The translations under genes were made by a program, and so were the position numbers. The notes under the pieces are model-generated. The model saw nothing but the letters and a program-made list of their open reading frames with translations, was not told the DNA's origin and made no database searches. A DNA stretch of 60,000 nucleotides. It comes from Mobula hypostoma (taxonomy: Eukaryota). This document shows, in pieces, positions 12,320 to 24,187 of this stretch. The DNA is taken from assembly GCF_963921235.1 (NCBI RefSeq), contig NC_086118.1, forward strand, positions 24,678,001 to 24,738,000, written 5' to 3'. The number at the start of each line of letters is the position of its first letter. Position 1 is the first letter of the stretch.

Positions 12320-15300
12320 CACACACAAATTAGACTTCGATCCGCAAACGCCTGAAGCTGGAAACGCTTTTGAACTCTGGCTGGCCTGCTTCGAAGTGTA
12401 CCTAGAGGAGATTAAAGCGACTGACCCCATAGCAAAGCGCAGCGTTCTACTCTCTAGGGTCAGTCCACAGGTCTATTCGCTGATCAGAGACCAACCGAGC
12501 TACAATGGCGCGATGAGTGCACTCAAAGGACAATACCTGCGGCCGATAAACAGCGCCTATGCTCAGCACCGCTTAGCGACACGGCAACAACGGCCCAGGC
12601 AATTAAGTGCTGAGTTCATCCAGGCCCTACAGACACTCATGCGAGCCTGCAATTGCCAGGAGCTGACGGCGGCGCAGTATGCAGAGCTCCTAGTAAGAGA
12701 CGCCTTCGTCACAGGGACCAGGTCAGTGTATGTGCATCAGTGGCTGTTGGAAAAAAGCCGATCTTACCTTAAGTTCGGCGATCGAGCTGGCCAACACGCT
12801 GGAGGCCGCTTTGCATAATTCTGAGGCTCTCCAGGCACTCGATCTCCCGATGGCTTCATGGGCGCCGCAGACCCCGCAACCCGCCGGCGAATAGACCTCG
12901 GCTGCCGCCAGTCGCAAGACCCTGCAACCCGCCAGCGAATCGACCTTGGCTGCCGCCAGTCGCGAGTCCGCGAAGTGCTACTTCTGCGGACTGGAGAAGC
13001 ACTGCCGGAAACGCTGTCCGGCCCGAGAAGCTACCTGCTTCAGCTGCGGAAAGAAGGGCTACTTCACGAAGGTTTGTAAGTCCAAACCGCGAGCGGGATC
13101 AAGCAGCACCACATGCGAAACATGGGGGTCGCCATCTTGCCTGCCGCAATCTTCTCTGCACACCACCACCATGCGCAAGACATGGGGGTGGCCATCTTGG
13201 TTGGCGCCACCTTCCACCGCCTACGACCAACGGGTGCTCACGGGGCACCCCACCACGCCGGACCAAGACAACCCAGGCCTCCGTGACCCTCGACCAAAGC
13301 GCTCCCCACCAGCTCGCAAGGTCAATGATGGACATCCTGGTGGAGGGGTGCAGGACAAGCTGCCTGTTTGACACAGGCAGCACGGAGAGTTTTATCCACC
13401 CGGCCACGGTGCAGCATTGTGGACTCATGATACGGCCGGTAAGTCAGAGGGTCATCATGGCTTCCGGGTCACATACAACAGACATCCGGGGGGGTTGTAC
13501 AGCGACGTTAGTGGTGCAGGGCACAGAATACTGGGACTTTAAGTTACTGGTCTTGCCTCAACTGTGTGCCCCTGTGCTGTTGGGGTTGGACTTCCAGAGC
13601 CACCTGAAAAGCGTGACAATGAAGTATGATGGGCCCTCCTGCCAATTACTGTCGTAAATCCCCAGTTTTGTAGGGATACGTCACATACCCCGCTACTGAC
13701 CACACACACACACCGACCCGCACATCTCACCCAACATCATGCCAACTGCCGCACTACCGACACCACTTGCAGCCTCTCCACCCTCAGGATCCCTCCCCCA
13801 CCGCTGTTCGCCGACCTGACCCCCGACTGTAAACCTGTGGCAACTAAAAGCAGGAGGTACAGCGCGGGGGACAGAGCCTTCATTAAGTCGGAGGTGCAGC
13901 GACTGCTCAGGGAGGGGGTCATTGAGGCAAGCACAAGTCCTTGGAGGGCGCAGGTGGTCGTTGTTCGGAACAGGAAGAAAAATAGGATGGTCGTGGACTA
14001 TAGCCAGACCATCAATAGGTTCACGCAGCTCGATGCGTACCCTCTACCCCGCATCGTGGATATGGTCAATCAGATAGCACAGTACAAGGTGTACTCGACC
14101 ATAGACCTAAAATCCGCTTACCATCAGCTCCCCATCCGCCGGGAGGACCGCCCTTACACTGCCTTCGAGGCGGACGGCAGGCTTTATCAATTCCTACCCG
14201 TCCCCTTCGGTGTCACGAATGGTGTATCTGTCTTCCAGAGGGAAATGGACCAGATGGTGGACCAGTGCCAACTGAAGGCCACGTTCCCATATCTGGATAA
14301 CATCACGATCAGCGGTCACGACCGGCAGGATCACGACAACAACCTCCAAAAATTTCTCCAAGCGGCCAAAGCTTTCAATCTCACCTATAACAAGGACAAG
14401 TGTGTATTCGGGACCACCCTACCTGCTATCCTTGGGTGTGTCGTGGAGAACTGAGTCATTGGCCCTGACCCTGACCGTATGCGCCCCTTGTTGGAACTCC
14501 CTCTTCCCAACACCCTCAGAGCCCTCAAAAGGTGCCTGGACTTCTTTTCATATTATGCCCAATGGGTCTCTAACTACGCAGACAAGACCCACACCCTGGT
14601 CAAGTCCACCACATTCCCCCTCTCAGCCGAGTCCCGCGCAGCCCTCAGCCGCATAAAAGGGGACATTGCCAAAGCAGCAATGCATGCGGTGGATGAGGCC
14701 ATTCCCTTCCAGGTAGAGAGTGACACCTCCGACTTTGCGCTGGCTGCTACCCTCAACCAGGCTGGAAGACTGGTGGCGTTCTTCTCCCGTACTCTTCAAG
14801 GCTCTGAAATTCAGCTCTCCACGGTGGAGAAAGAGGCCCAGGCCATAGTGGAAGCTATTAGGCACTGGATGCAATATCTTGCCGGCAAAAGGTTCACCCT
14901 GCTAACTGACCAGCGCTCAGTCGCATTCATGTTTAATAACCAACAGCGGAGCAAAATCAAAAATGATAAAATTCTGAGGTGGAGAATCGAACTCTCCACC
15001 TACAACTATGACATCATGTACAGGCCTGGGAAGCTCAACGAGCCCTCCGATGCCCTATCCCGGGGAACGTGCGCCAACGCACAGATCGACCGGCTATACG
15101 TCCTACATGTAGACCTTTGCCACCCGGGGGTCACCCGACTTTTCCACTTCATGAAAGCCCGGAACCTGCCTTACTCCCTTGAGGAGATCCGGACGATGAC
15201 CAGGGACTGCCAAGTCTGCGCAGAGTGCAAACCGCACTTCTACCAACCCGAAAAGGCACCACTCATCAAGGCCATCTACCCCTTTAAGCTACTGAGTGTT

Positions 15301-16218
15301 GACTTTAAGGGCCCCCTTCCCTCCACCGACCGCAATGTGTACTTTCTTAACATTATCGATGAGTACTCACGGTTCCCCTTCGCCATCCCCTGCCCCGACA
15401 CCACTACCACGTCAGTTATAAAAGCCCTGTGCAAGCTCTTCACTCTGTTCGAATACCCATGCTATATCCACAGTGACAGAGGGTCCTCGTTTATGAGTGA
15501 CGAGCTGCGCCAATACCTGCTGGCTAGGGGAATTGCAACCAGTAGGACCACAAGCTAAAATCCCCGGGGGAATGGACATGTGGAGGAGGAGAATGCCATG
15601 GTGTGGAAAGCCACACTCTTAGCCCTCAGGTCAAAGGGACTGCCGGTCTCCCGCTGGCAGGAGGTCCTTCCCGAGGCACTCCACTCCATCCGCTCCCTGT
15701 TATGCACGGCCACCAACGCCACCCCTCATGAGCGGCTCTTTTCTTTTCCCAGAAAGTCGACCACTGGGACCACCTTACCAACTTGGCTGACGTCCCCGGG
15801 GCCAGTACTGCTCCGGAAACATGCGAGGAGCAATAAATACTCCCCGATGGTCGAGAGGGTTCACTTACTTCATGCGAACCCCCAGTATGCCTATGTGGTT
15901 TTACCTGATGGGCGGGAGGACATGGTCTCCATCCGCGACCTGGCACCCGCAGGAGCACCAAGCCCCTACCCTGAACACTCCGTGGTGACTATTAACTCTG
16001 TACCCACCGATATATGTACCTACGACACACCGTGCACCCCAAACCCTACACAGACAGCACACGGCACTCCCATACCGGGCGTGACGCACACGCACGAGGG
16101 ATTACCGACGCCTAACGTGGTGTCACCTCAAGTCAGGCCGGAGCCAGCACAACCACCGTCGCTGGTGCTATGTAGATCACAGCGACGGACTCGACCGCCT
16201 GATAGACTTGACCTGTAA
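12320..16218 (+). pseudogene. Gypsy gag-pol, disrupted by frameshifts and stops
   Basis: Gag zinc knuckles CYFCGLEKHCRKRC and CFSCGKKGYFTKVC; protease LFDTGS; RT RMVVDYSQTINRFTQLDAYPLP, IDLKSAYHQ, PFGVTN, YLDN; RNase H ESDTS...TDQRS; integrase HHCC, SVDFKGP, IHSDRG. In-frame stops at 14452 and 15556. Confidence 0.95.
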
Positions 16219-16287
16219 ATATACTTGTTTTAAATATTGTCAGTCACTTCACCCCACGGGACTCTTTTTAAAAAAAGGAGGGGTGGA

Positions 16288-16515
16288 TGTGGTAAACTAT
16301 ATATATATGTTGTAACTGGGTTAACTGTTTGGACACGCTCCTCTGCTGACTGCCCCTGTGGCTCCTCCCACAGAGTCCTGTATAAAGGTGTTTGCCTTGC
16401 CCCTCCCCCTCAGTCCGGGGCAGACACTCACTGTGGAGGTTGTATTGTACAGCAAATAAAAGCCTTTCAGTATTTTACCCAACCTCAGTCTTTTGGAGTT
16501 ATTGAAGGTACTTCA
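16288..16515 (+). repeat. 3' LTR of the Gypsy element
   Basis: Direct repeat of 12056-12287, preceded by the PPT and followed by the TSD TCACC. Confidence 0.95.
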
Positions 16516-16816
16516 TCACCCTAGGCAACGGGAGTCACTTGGGGGCAAAGGGTATTACGTTGGTCAGTGATGAGAAGATATTATCACCAATCTACACAGA
16601 TTATTGATCCACACAGATACTTTCAGCATTAATAGAGATCACTATTGACCAGAAATTCAGTGGCAACTGCCACCAATTACATGACCACAGTGCAGGTAAA
16701 AGCGTGGGTACAGTGCGGTGATTGATGCATTTCCTGTCATCCATGAGGTACATGTCTGGAAAGTGAAGAATATTCTCCATTGCTTAAATGAATGCTCCTT
16801 CAACCACATTCTGGAC

Positions 16817-16895
16817 CAGGGGTTCCTACTGTGGTGTCCACAGACCCCTTGTTTAATGATATTGGTCCAGGGGATAAAAAAGGTTGGGAACCCCT
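16817..16895. mobile_element. 79-bp hAT (Charlie-type) MITE
   Basis: TIRs CAGGGGTTCC / GGAACCCCTG. 8-bp TSD TTCTGGAC / TTCTAGAC, consistent with a TCTAGA-centred target. Confidence 0.85.
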
Positions 16896-17282
16896 GTTCT
16901 AGACCAACCAGGACAAAGCAGTCCACTCGATTGGCACCTGACCCACCATTCTAAATGTTCATTACCTTCAATATTGGTGTAACATGGGCGCAGTGTGCAC
17001 CGTCTACAAATTGCACAGGATACTGTGACAGCACCACCCAGGCCCTTCACCTCCATCACCGTGACAAAAAGAGGGGAATAGGTATGGAAAAATACCCTCG
17101 ACTGCAGATTCATCACAAAATTTTTACATCTTTACATCACCATTATGAGGCCAATCAGAGACAGGATAAAGATGCTGGCCTTGGCACTGAAGTGAACATT
17201 CTGCAAATGAAAAGAAAAGAAAACTTTAAAAAGTTATGCAAGAGATCTGGAAGTCTACCTCTTCCCACCCTGCCACATGCTA

Positions 17283-18362
17283 GAATGCCATTCCTTATTC
17301 CCAGTTCCTCCGTCTCCGCTGCATCTGCTCCCAGGATGAGGCTTTCCGTTCCAGGACATCTCAAATGTCCTCTTTCTTTAAGGATCATGGTTTCCCTTTT
17401 GCTGTCATCAATGATGCCCTCACCCGCATCTCCTCCATTTCCCGCACTTCGGCCCTCACCCCATCCTCCCGTCACCACAACAGGGACAGAGTTCCCCTTG
17501 TCCTCACCTACCACCCCACCAGCCTCCGGATCCAGCACAGTATCCTCCACAGCTTCCGCCACTAAGCACATCTTTCCCTCTCCACCCCTCTCTGCTTTCC
17601 GCAGGGATTGTTCCCTCCACAACTCCCTGGTCCACACGTCCCTCCCCACGGATCTCCCACCTGGCACTTATCCCTGTAAGTGCAAGTGCTACACCTGTCC
17701 CTACACCTCCTCTATTGCATCTGGTGCTCCCGGTGCGGCCTCCTCTACGTCGGTGAAACCCGATGCAGATTGGGGGACCGCTTCATCGAGCACCTCCGCT
17801 CCATCCACCACAACAGACAGGATCTCCTGGTTGCCACCCACTTCAACTCTGCTTCACATTCCCATTCGGATTTGTCCATTCATGGCCTCCTCTACAGCCA
17901 CGATGAGGCTAAACTCAGGTTGGAGGAGCAACATCTCATATACCGTCTAGGTAGTCTCCAGCCCCTTGGTATGAACATAGAATTCTCCAACTTCTGGTAA
18001 TTCCCTCCCCCCCCCTTCCCCCATCACTGTTTCACTCTGCCCCCTCCCCCAGCTGCCTATCACCTCCCTCATGGTTCCACCTCCTTCTACTACCCATTGT
18101 GTTTTCCCCTATTCTTTCTTCACCTTTCCTGCCTATCACCTCCCTGCCTCCCCTCCCCCAGCCCTTTACCTTTCCCCTTACTGGTTTTTCACCTGGAACC
18201 TACCAGCCTTCTCCTTCCCACTCTCCCCCCACCTTCTTTATAGGGCCTCTGCCCCTTCCCTCTACAGTCCTGACGAAGGGTTCCAGTCCGAAACATTGAC
18301 TGGTCATTTCCATGGATGCTGCCCGACCTGCTGAGTTCCTCCAGCGTGTTGTGACTGTTGCT
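17283..18362 (+). mobile_element. Penelope-like element, 3' part (GIY-YIG endonuclease remnant and terminal repeat)
   Basis: CIWCSRCGLLYVGETRCRLGDRFIEHLRSI...VATHFNS in ORF 17680-18000 and RVPLVLTYHP in ORF 17365-17565. Followed by a pyrimidine-rich spacer and a terminal repeat ending GCTGAGTTCCTCCAGCGTGTTG. Confidence 0.92.
18265..18302 (+). ncRNA. Minimal hammerhead-ribozyme-like motif in the Penelope terminal repeat (possibly decayed)
   Basis: CAGTC-CTGACGA-AGGGTTCCAGTCC-GAAAC-ATT-GACTG. Both core boxes (CUGAnGA and GAAA) are present, closed by a CAGTC/GACTG helix. Confidence 0.6.
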
Positions 18363-18551
18363 GGAAGTCTTCTGAGAACAATCAACAACACAAGTAAAAC
18401 TGCAAACTCCCCAGCCAAAGCTGTTGAATACGATTCAGATAACAAGTTGTGCTCAATCTGTACGGCCAGAATACATTTGGAACAGAATGTTCTTTTTACT
18501 CAGACATCAAAGTTATTCAAGAAGTTGAGGCAAATCAGAACTGAGCCACTA

Positions 18552-18566
18552 TAGTGACCCCTGCTG
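18552..18566 (-). promoter_or_regulatory. Candidate CTCF-binding motif
   Basis: Minus strand reads CAGCAGGGGTCACTA, close to the CTCF core CCASYAGRKGGCRSY, in non-repeat DNA. Confidence 0.4.
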
Positions 18567-20099
18567 TTCAAAGTTTTGAAAGAAAGGAAAGATGAAATGC
18601 TTCAAGCTGAAAGCGGAAAAGTTACCTGCTAGCTTTTCAAGAAGTTAAAGTAACAGAAAAGTCATTCAGAAAAACAACATCAAAACTTTAAAGCCTGATT
18701 CTTATAACTGTGGTTCAAAAGTTAAGGAGCAAAATTACAATTGATATTAGACATTTCTTAAAATTTGCACATTCTCTTCTTGGGTGGTAGACCAATGGTA
18801 TAGATCAATTCTGACCTCTCAGTGACTCACCATTTTTGCATTTCCACAGTGTTCTACATTAGAAGATCAAACTGTTCCACTGCTTTTCAACAAATGAAAG
18901 CAAAAGTCTTCCCCTAAGTTGGATTGGCTTCTGAACAAAGCAGTAAAAGCAAAACCCCTGGAATTATAGTTGTATTTAATTGGATGTTACAAAATAGGGA
19001 CAGCCAGGTATTTCTATATAGATAAACTAAAATCCTACTGATAGTTTTCAAGATATTTTGAAAAAAGATGATGCAGTAACCACAATTCTAGAATGTCCAA
19101 CTTGTATGGAGAATGTTCGTCTTTCGGTGCTGACTTTATTCATCCTTTAGTAAATTGCTCCAGGTATAAGAAAAATATTATTGTGATGGTGAAATGTAAT
19201 GATGGAGTTATACAGTATGGGGTTCCTCATTTCACTTGGGACAAGTGCACAGACTCACACTATTATGAGAAAAAGTTGTATGCTCAGGTATTATACATAT
19301 AGTACATAATGGAAACATACCAAACATTCGATTATTTCAAACAATTATTTTATTTTTGAATATTCCTTTTAATTGGATAAATATTAAGATCTTTTTATTG
19401 ACAAACAAATGAATAGTGTCCTATTATGTTAATAAATGTTGTATACATATTTTATTGAGTTGAGCTTAGGCCATGGTCTGCACAATGGCCAAAATACCAG
19501 AAGACGAAAATGTTGTCAACATGCTGTTAATCAATTTTGCCTACCTTTTTTGAGTTAATTTCAGTCATTAAAGGGATGAACTTCTTGGTTTTGAAGTCTG
19601 TGTCCTCCAGCATTTTTTTTTTCCCTGTGCACTGCTCACCCAAGTTGTGTCAATAGCAGGGTAATACCCAAAATTTGTTTCTAACAATATTTTCAACCAC
19701 ATTGGTCTTAACTGTGACTCGCTTGACTTCCTCACGGAAAAAGAACAGTTGTTAATCATCACTAGTCTCTATTTAAGGGTCAGACATGTTTCTATCCCTA
19801 CTATTCACAGGCAAAGTGCTAACAGCTCTCAGCTAAACGAACTGGGATCTCAGTCACAGCACCACCAGATGGATTCCGCAGGCTCCTCTTCAAAATTAAG
19901 TGGCCAGAAATGGCAGAAGAAATCCCGAGAAAAAGGAAGGTTCTTCCATGACTATCAGATTAGAAATGAATAAAAATGTGGAGAGAAACACCCTGACAAA
20001 TGGTGCTGATGGCAGGAGGTTGTCAGTGAATCTCTGTGAAGCATAATTGAGTGACTGGTCTTTTGAGAGACTAGCACTGTAACCATTTGCCCTTCCACG

Positions 20100-20442
20100 T
20101 GTGTCACACACTCCTTCCACTGGTTTCCCTCCCCACACTGTTACCATCTTCTCACCTCACCCAACTAGCTTGATTCCAGCTCTAATTTCCTCTCCTATTA
20201 GATTCCATCATTTACAGCACTTTGTCACCTCCACTTATCACTTCCAGACTTTTATCGTCATTTCCTCTCTCGCTCCTCAGCTGGATCCACCTATCACTTG
20301 CCAGCTTGCACACCACCCCTTCCCCTTACCTTTTTTGGACTGGCTATCACCTCTTTATCTTTCAGTTCAGCTGATGGGTCTCGACCCGAACATCAACTGC
20401 TTAGTTCCATCCACAAATGCTGCCTGATTTGCTGAGTTGTAG
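20100..20442 (+). repeat. Degenerate Penelope 3' end and terminal repeat
   Basis: Pyrimidine-rich tract followed by CTGATGGGTCTCGACCCGAACATCAACTG...GCTGCCTGATTTGCTGAGTT, a decayed version of 18240-18350. Confidence 0.7.
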
Positions 20443-20559
20443 AATTAATTGTTTTGCGGCAGCAATAACAAATGACTATTTGGCGGCAGCATCTGTACGT
20501 CTCGAGAGACAATGGTGTAACTCTTTTTCTGATGGTTCTTGGGGTTGCAGACTTGGGGT

Positions 20560-22650
20560 TATTTGCACTTTCTAGAGTGGCTGTACAGCCCCACTCTAGA
20601 GTGACAGTCTCTTTCTCAATGGTTACAGGTGAAGGAGGAAGGTGCTGTGGGTGATACAGCTCTGGCTTGTCTTCCTGCTCTCTTGATGATGAGTATGTTG
20701 GTCCTTGCTATCTCAGCACATTGTACACTGCTTTTGACTGCGGCCCTCCATGCTGTCTGGCCCTCAGCTGCTTCCTCCCGTGTGTTGAGGTCGATGCCTG
20801 CCTCGATGAAGTCATCACACTTGCAGACATCCCTGTGGTGGAGGCATAGTCTTCCTCGTGGGCAATAACCCCCACTCACCTCGCCACGCAGCATGTCCTT
20901 GGGAATGAGTCCTTGGCCCATCTGCTTGACATGGCCCAAGCATCCAAGGCGTCTGTGGTGAAATAGTGCGTGGATGGTGGAGGTGTCAGCCCACTGCAGT
21001 GCCTCCGTGTTGGTGATTCTGTCCTGCGAGGAGATGCGCAAGATGTGCTTGAGTCAGCATAGGTGGGATGAGTTTAGCCTCTTCTCTTGGCTGATGTATG
21101 GTGTCCGGGCCTCGCTGGTATAGAGGAACGTGCCAAACACACAAACCTGATATGCACACTACTTGGTCTCCTTTGTCATCTGCCTGTTGTTCCACACTCT
21201 CTTGTTCAGTCTGGCCATGACAGTTGCAGCTTTGGCAATCCTGCTGTTCACCTCTGCGTCAAGGGACAGGGAGGTGGCGATGGTCAACTCGAGATAGGTG
21301 AAGGAGTCGACTACATCAAGAGAGCAACCATCAATGTTTGGGGGAGATTCTGCACCCTGAGCCATGATGTTTGTCTTATTCAGACTGATAGTTAACTCAT
21401 ACTCCTTGCGGGCATGGGAGAAGCAGTTAATCAGATGCTGGAGTCTGCCTCCAGTGTGTGACATCAATGCCTCATCATCGGCAAACAGCATCTCGTGGAC
21501 GAGGGCTGTGCTAACTTTGGACTTGGAGCACAAGTGAACGATGTTGAACAGCTTGCCACCAGCTCTTGTGCGAAGGGAGGTGCCTTCAGTGCAGTCTGTG
21601 AAGGAGCACGGAGAAGAAGATTCCAAAGAGGGTCAGTGCCCGGACACAGCCTTGTTTCAGTCCACTGCTCAGTGGGAAGGCATCAGAAGTCACTCCCGTG
21701 AAGCAGACAGTGCTGTGCATGTCCTTATGGAAGGATGGTAAGATGCTGTGCAGTCTAGGGGGGCAGCCAGTATTCAGCAGGAGTTTGAAGAGTCTTCTTC
21801 TGCTGAAGAGGTCGAATGCCTTGGTCAGATCAATGAAGGCTGTGCACAGTGGCTTCTGCTGCTCTCAACACTTCTCCTGCAGCTGTCCACTGTAGACCTG
21901 CCTGCTCTGAACCCTCTCTGGGACTTTGCGTAGGCTCTGGATTCAAGGCTCTGAAGCCATGCCCAGATGACGCGGGCAAACACTTTTCCCACAACACTGA
22001 GGAGAGAGATGCCGCGGTCGTTGTTACAACACTACGGATGCCCCTGCTTTTGTACAGTGTGACCACGTTGGCACTAGTGTGTCCTGGGGGATATGGCTTT
22101 CCTCCCAACAAAGACACTGAAGCTCGTGTGGATGATGCAGCAAGGCAGTCTTCCCATTCTTCAGGGGGGAGAGTCCATGTTTCCCTGGGCTTTCCCCCTG
22201 ATGAGACAGTCGATGGCTTTGCCGAGCTCCTCCATAGATAGCAACACATCGAACCCTTCCATGACTGGCAAGTCAGGCAGAGCTTCCAGGGCAGCATCAG
22301 TCACCACGATTCCAGGTTGCAGACAGCTCCGGGTAGTGCTCTACCCAGCGTTCGAGCTGGTTGCTCCGGTCCGTGATGACTACCCCCCGCTGGTGTTTTG
22401 GGGGCTGAAGGGCCTCTTGCTCTTGCTGACCTAATGCCATCAAACTTTGCTCTTGCATGTGTGCTGTTGGCGGCTGATTGGATTTTGCTGCACAAGTTCA
22501 GCCGTTGGCTGGTTGCACAACGTCGGGCAGTTTGCTGCCCCTTGTTTCTAGCAGCTCTGAGGGCGTTGCGTGTGCTGGTGCAGGGGTTTTGCCTGTAGGC
22601 CAGCAGGGCTCTTCTCTTGGCCTCAGTCACCTGCTCCATTTCTTCCCAGT
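20560..22650 (-). mobile_element. Degenerate RTE-clade LINE (RT region and C-terminus)
   Basis: Minus-strand fragments LRTRAGGKLFN, EMLFADDEAL, LTISLNKTNIMAQ, EVNSRIAKAATVMARLNKRVW, RISSQDRITNTEAL, ANVVTLYKSRG. Confidence 0.9.
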
Positions 22651-22684
22651 GGGCTACTACAAGTTACAGTCAAAATCAGTAAAT

Positions 22685-23300
22685 ATACAGTTCTGTTTGT
22701 CCCATTATAGGAAGGATATTCAGGCTTTGGAAAGAGTGCAGAGGAGGTTCACCAGGATGCTGCTTGGTTTAGAAGGCATATGCTGTCCTGAGAGACTGGA
22801 CAAACTTGAGTTGTTTTCTCTGGAGTGGCGGAGCCTGAGGGACTGTCTGTTAGAGGTTTATAAGTTTACAGGAGATTTAGATAGAGTAGACAGGGTGTAT
22901 CTATATACACCCTGGGTAGCTATATGGACAGGAAAGGAATGGAGGGTTATGGGCCGAGTGCAGGTCGGTGGGACTAGGTGAGAGTAAGAGTTCAGCATGG
23001 ACTAGAAGGGCCGAGATGGCCTGTTCCCGTGCTGTCATTGTTATAGGGTTATATGTTATATCTTTCCCATGGTATGTTTCTCTTACGCCAGAGGGCATTC
23101 ATTGAAGGTGAGAGGGGGTAGGTTCAAAGGGGATGTGAGGGATAAATTTTTTACTCAGAGAGGGGCGGATGCCTGGAATGCATTGCCTGGTATGTTGGTA
23201 GAGGCAAATACATTATAGGCTTCTAAGAGACATTTGGATAGGCAAATAAATATGAGGAAGATGGAAGGATATGGACATTGTGTCGTTAAGAGGGATTAGT
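22685..23300 (+). mobile_element. CR1 3' fragment with a nested CR1 tail (~22912-23058)
   Basis: QFCLSHYRKDIQALERVQRRFTRML...LFSLEWRSLRDCLLEVYK, then TTTTTTACTCAGAG...GCCTGGAATGCATTGCC. Confidence 0.85.
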
Positions 23301-23613
23301 TTTTTTTGGGGGTGCGGTTTTTGATGTCAGATGGAAAAAAACTGTTCCCAAGACATTGAGTTTTGATTAGTTCTTCCAGCGTCTTTTTTGTTGCTCCAGA
23401 TTCCAGCATTTGCTGTCTCCTGCATCTATCAGAAATGGAGGACTCCCCACAGAACGATTCTTCACTTCTGCAAAAAAGTAATGAGCAACAAGGTCTAGGT
23501 TTGAAACAAACCTTCAAAAAGACATCATGATTCAATGGGTTGCTGAACTAAAACTTCCAGAAGAGTTACAATTGGAATAGTCTAGGGTGGTCTTTCATGT
23601 TATTCTAACCCAG

Positions 23614-24187
23614 AAACCATAGAAACTACAGCACAGAAACAGGCCTTTTGGCCCTTCTTGGCTGTGCCGAACCATTTTCTGCCTCGTCCCACTGACCTGC
23701 ACACGGACCATATCCCTCCATACACCTCCCATCCATGTATCTGTCCAATTTATTCTTAAATGTTAAAAAAGAACCCGCATTTACCACCTCATCTGGCAGC
23801 TCATTCCATACTCCCACCACTCTCTGTGTGAAGAAACCCCCCCAATGTTCCCTTTAAACTTTTCCCCCCTCACCCTTAACCCATGTCCTCTGGTTTTTTT
23901 CTCCCCTTGCCTCAGTGGAAAAAGTCTGCTTGCATTCACTCTATCTATACCCATCATAATTTTATATACCTCTATCAAATCTCCCCTCATTCTTCTACGC
24001 TCCAGGGAATAAAGTCCTAACCTATTCAACCTTTCTCTGTAACTGAGTTTCTCAAGTCCCGGCAACATCCTTGTAAACCTTCTCTGCACTCTTTCAACCT
24101 TATTTATATCCTTCCTGTAATTTGGTGACCAAAACTGAACACAATACTCCAGATTCGGCCTCACCAATGCCTTATACAACCTCATTG
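23614..24187 (-). mobile_element. 5'-truncated CR1 LINE
   Basis: ORF 23781-24218(-) LYKALVRPNLEYCVQFWSPNYRKDINKVERVQRRFTRMLPGL. (TTTCTATGG) tail. Confidence 0.93.

Larger units (their letters stand above)
12056..16515 (+). mobile_element. Full-length, disabled Ty3/Gypsy LTR retrotransposon
   Basis: Two ~230-bp TG...CA LTRs (12056-12287 and 16288-16515). 5-bp TSD TCACC (12051-12055 and 16516-16520). Polypurine tract AAAAAAAGGAGGGGTGGA before the 3' LTR. Domain order gag-PR-RT-RH-IN. Confidence 0.97.
11460..16559. mobile_element. Probable solo LTR (~635 bp: 11460-12055 plus 16521-16559), split by the Gypsy element
   Basis: Ends TGTAGGG...GGTATTACG (TGTA...TACA with one change). TTGG on both sides (11456-11459 and 16560-16563). 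It cleanly interrupts the Rex-type LINE. Confidence 0.65.
9724..16610 (-). mobile_element. Rex1/Babar-type LINE 3' portion, split by three later insertions
   Basis: ORF 10879-11304(-) has LALNVNKIKELIVYFRK, KFLGVEISEDLTWSQH, CTVESFLTGCITVWY. (GATTCT)n tail at 9724. The sequence resumes after the inserts at 10520 and 16560. Confidence 0.82.

Noticed and set aside
16955..17950. 331-aa Ser/Pro-rich ORF
   Set aside because: It runs from repeat debris into an alternative frame of the C-rich Penelope element. The real GIY-YIG motifs are in other frames.
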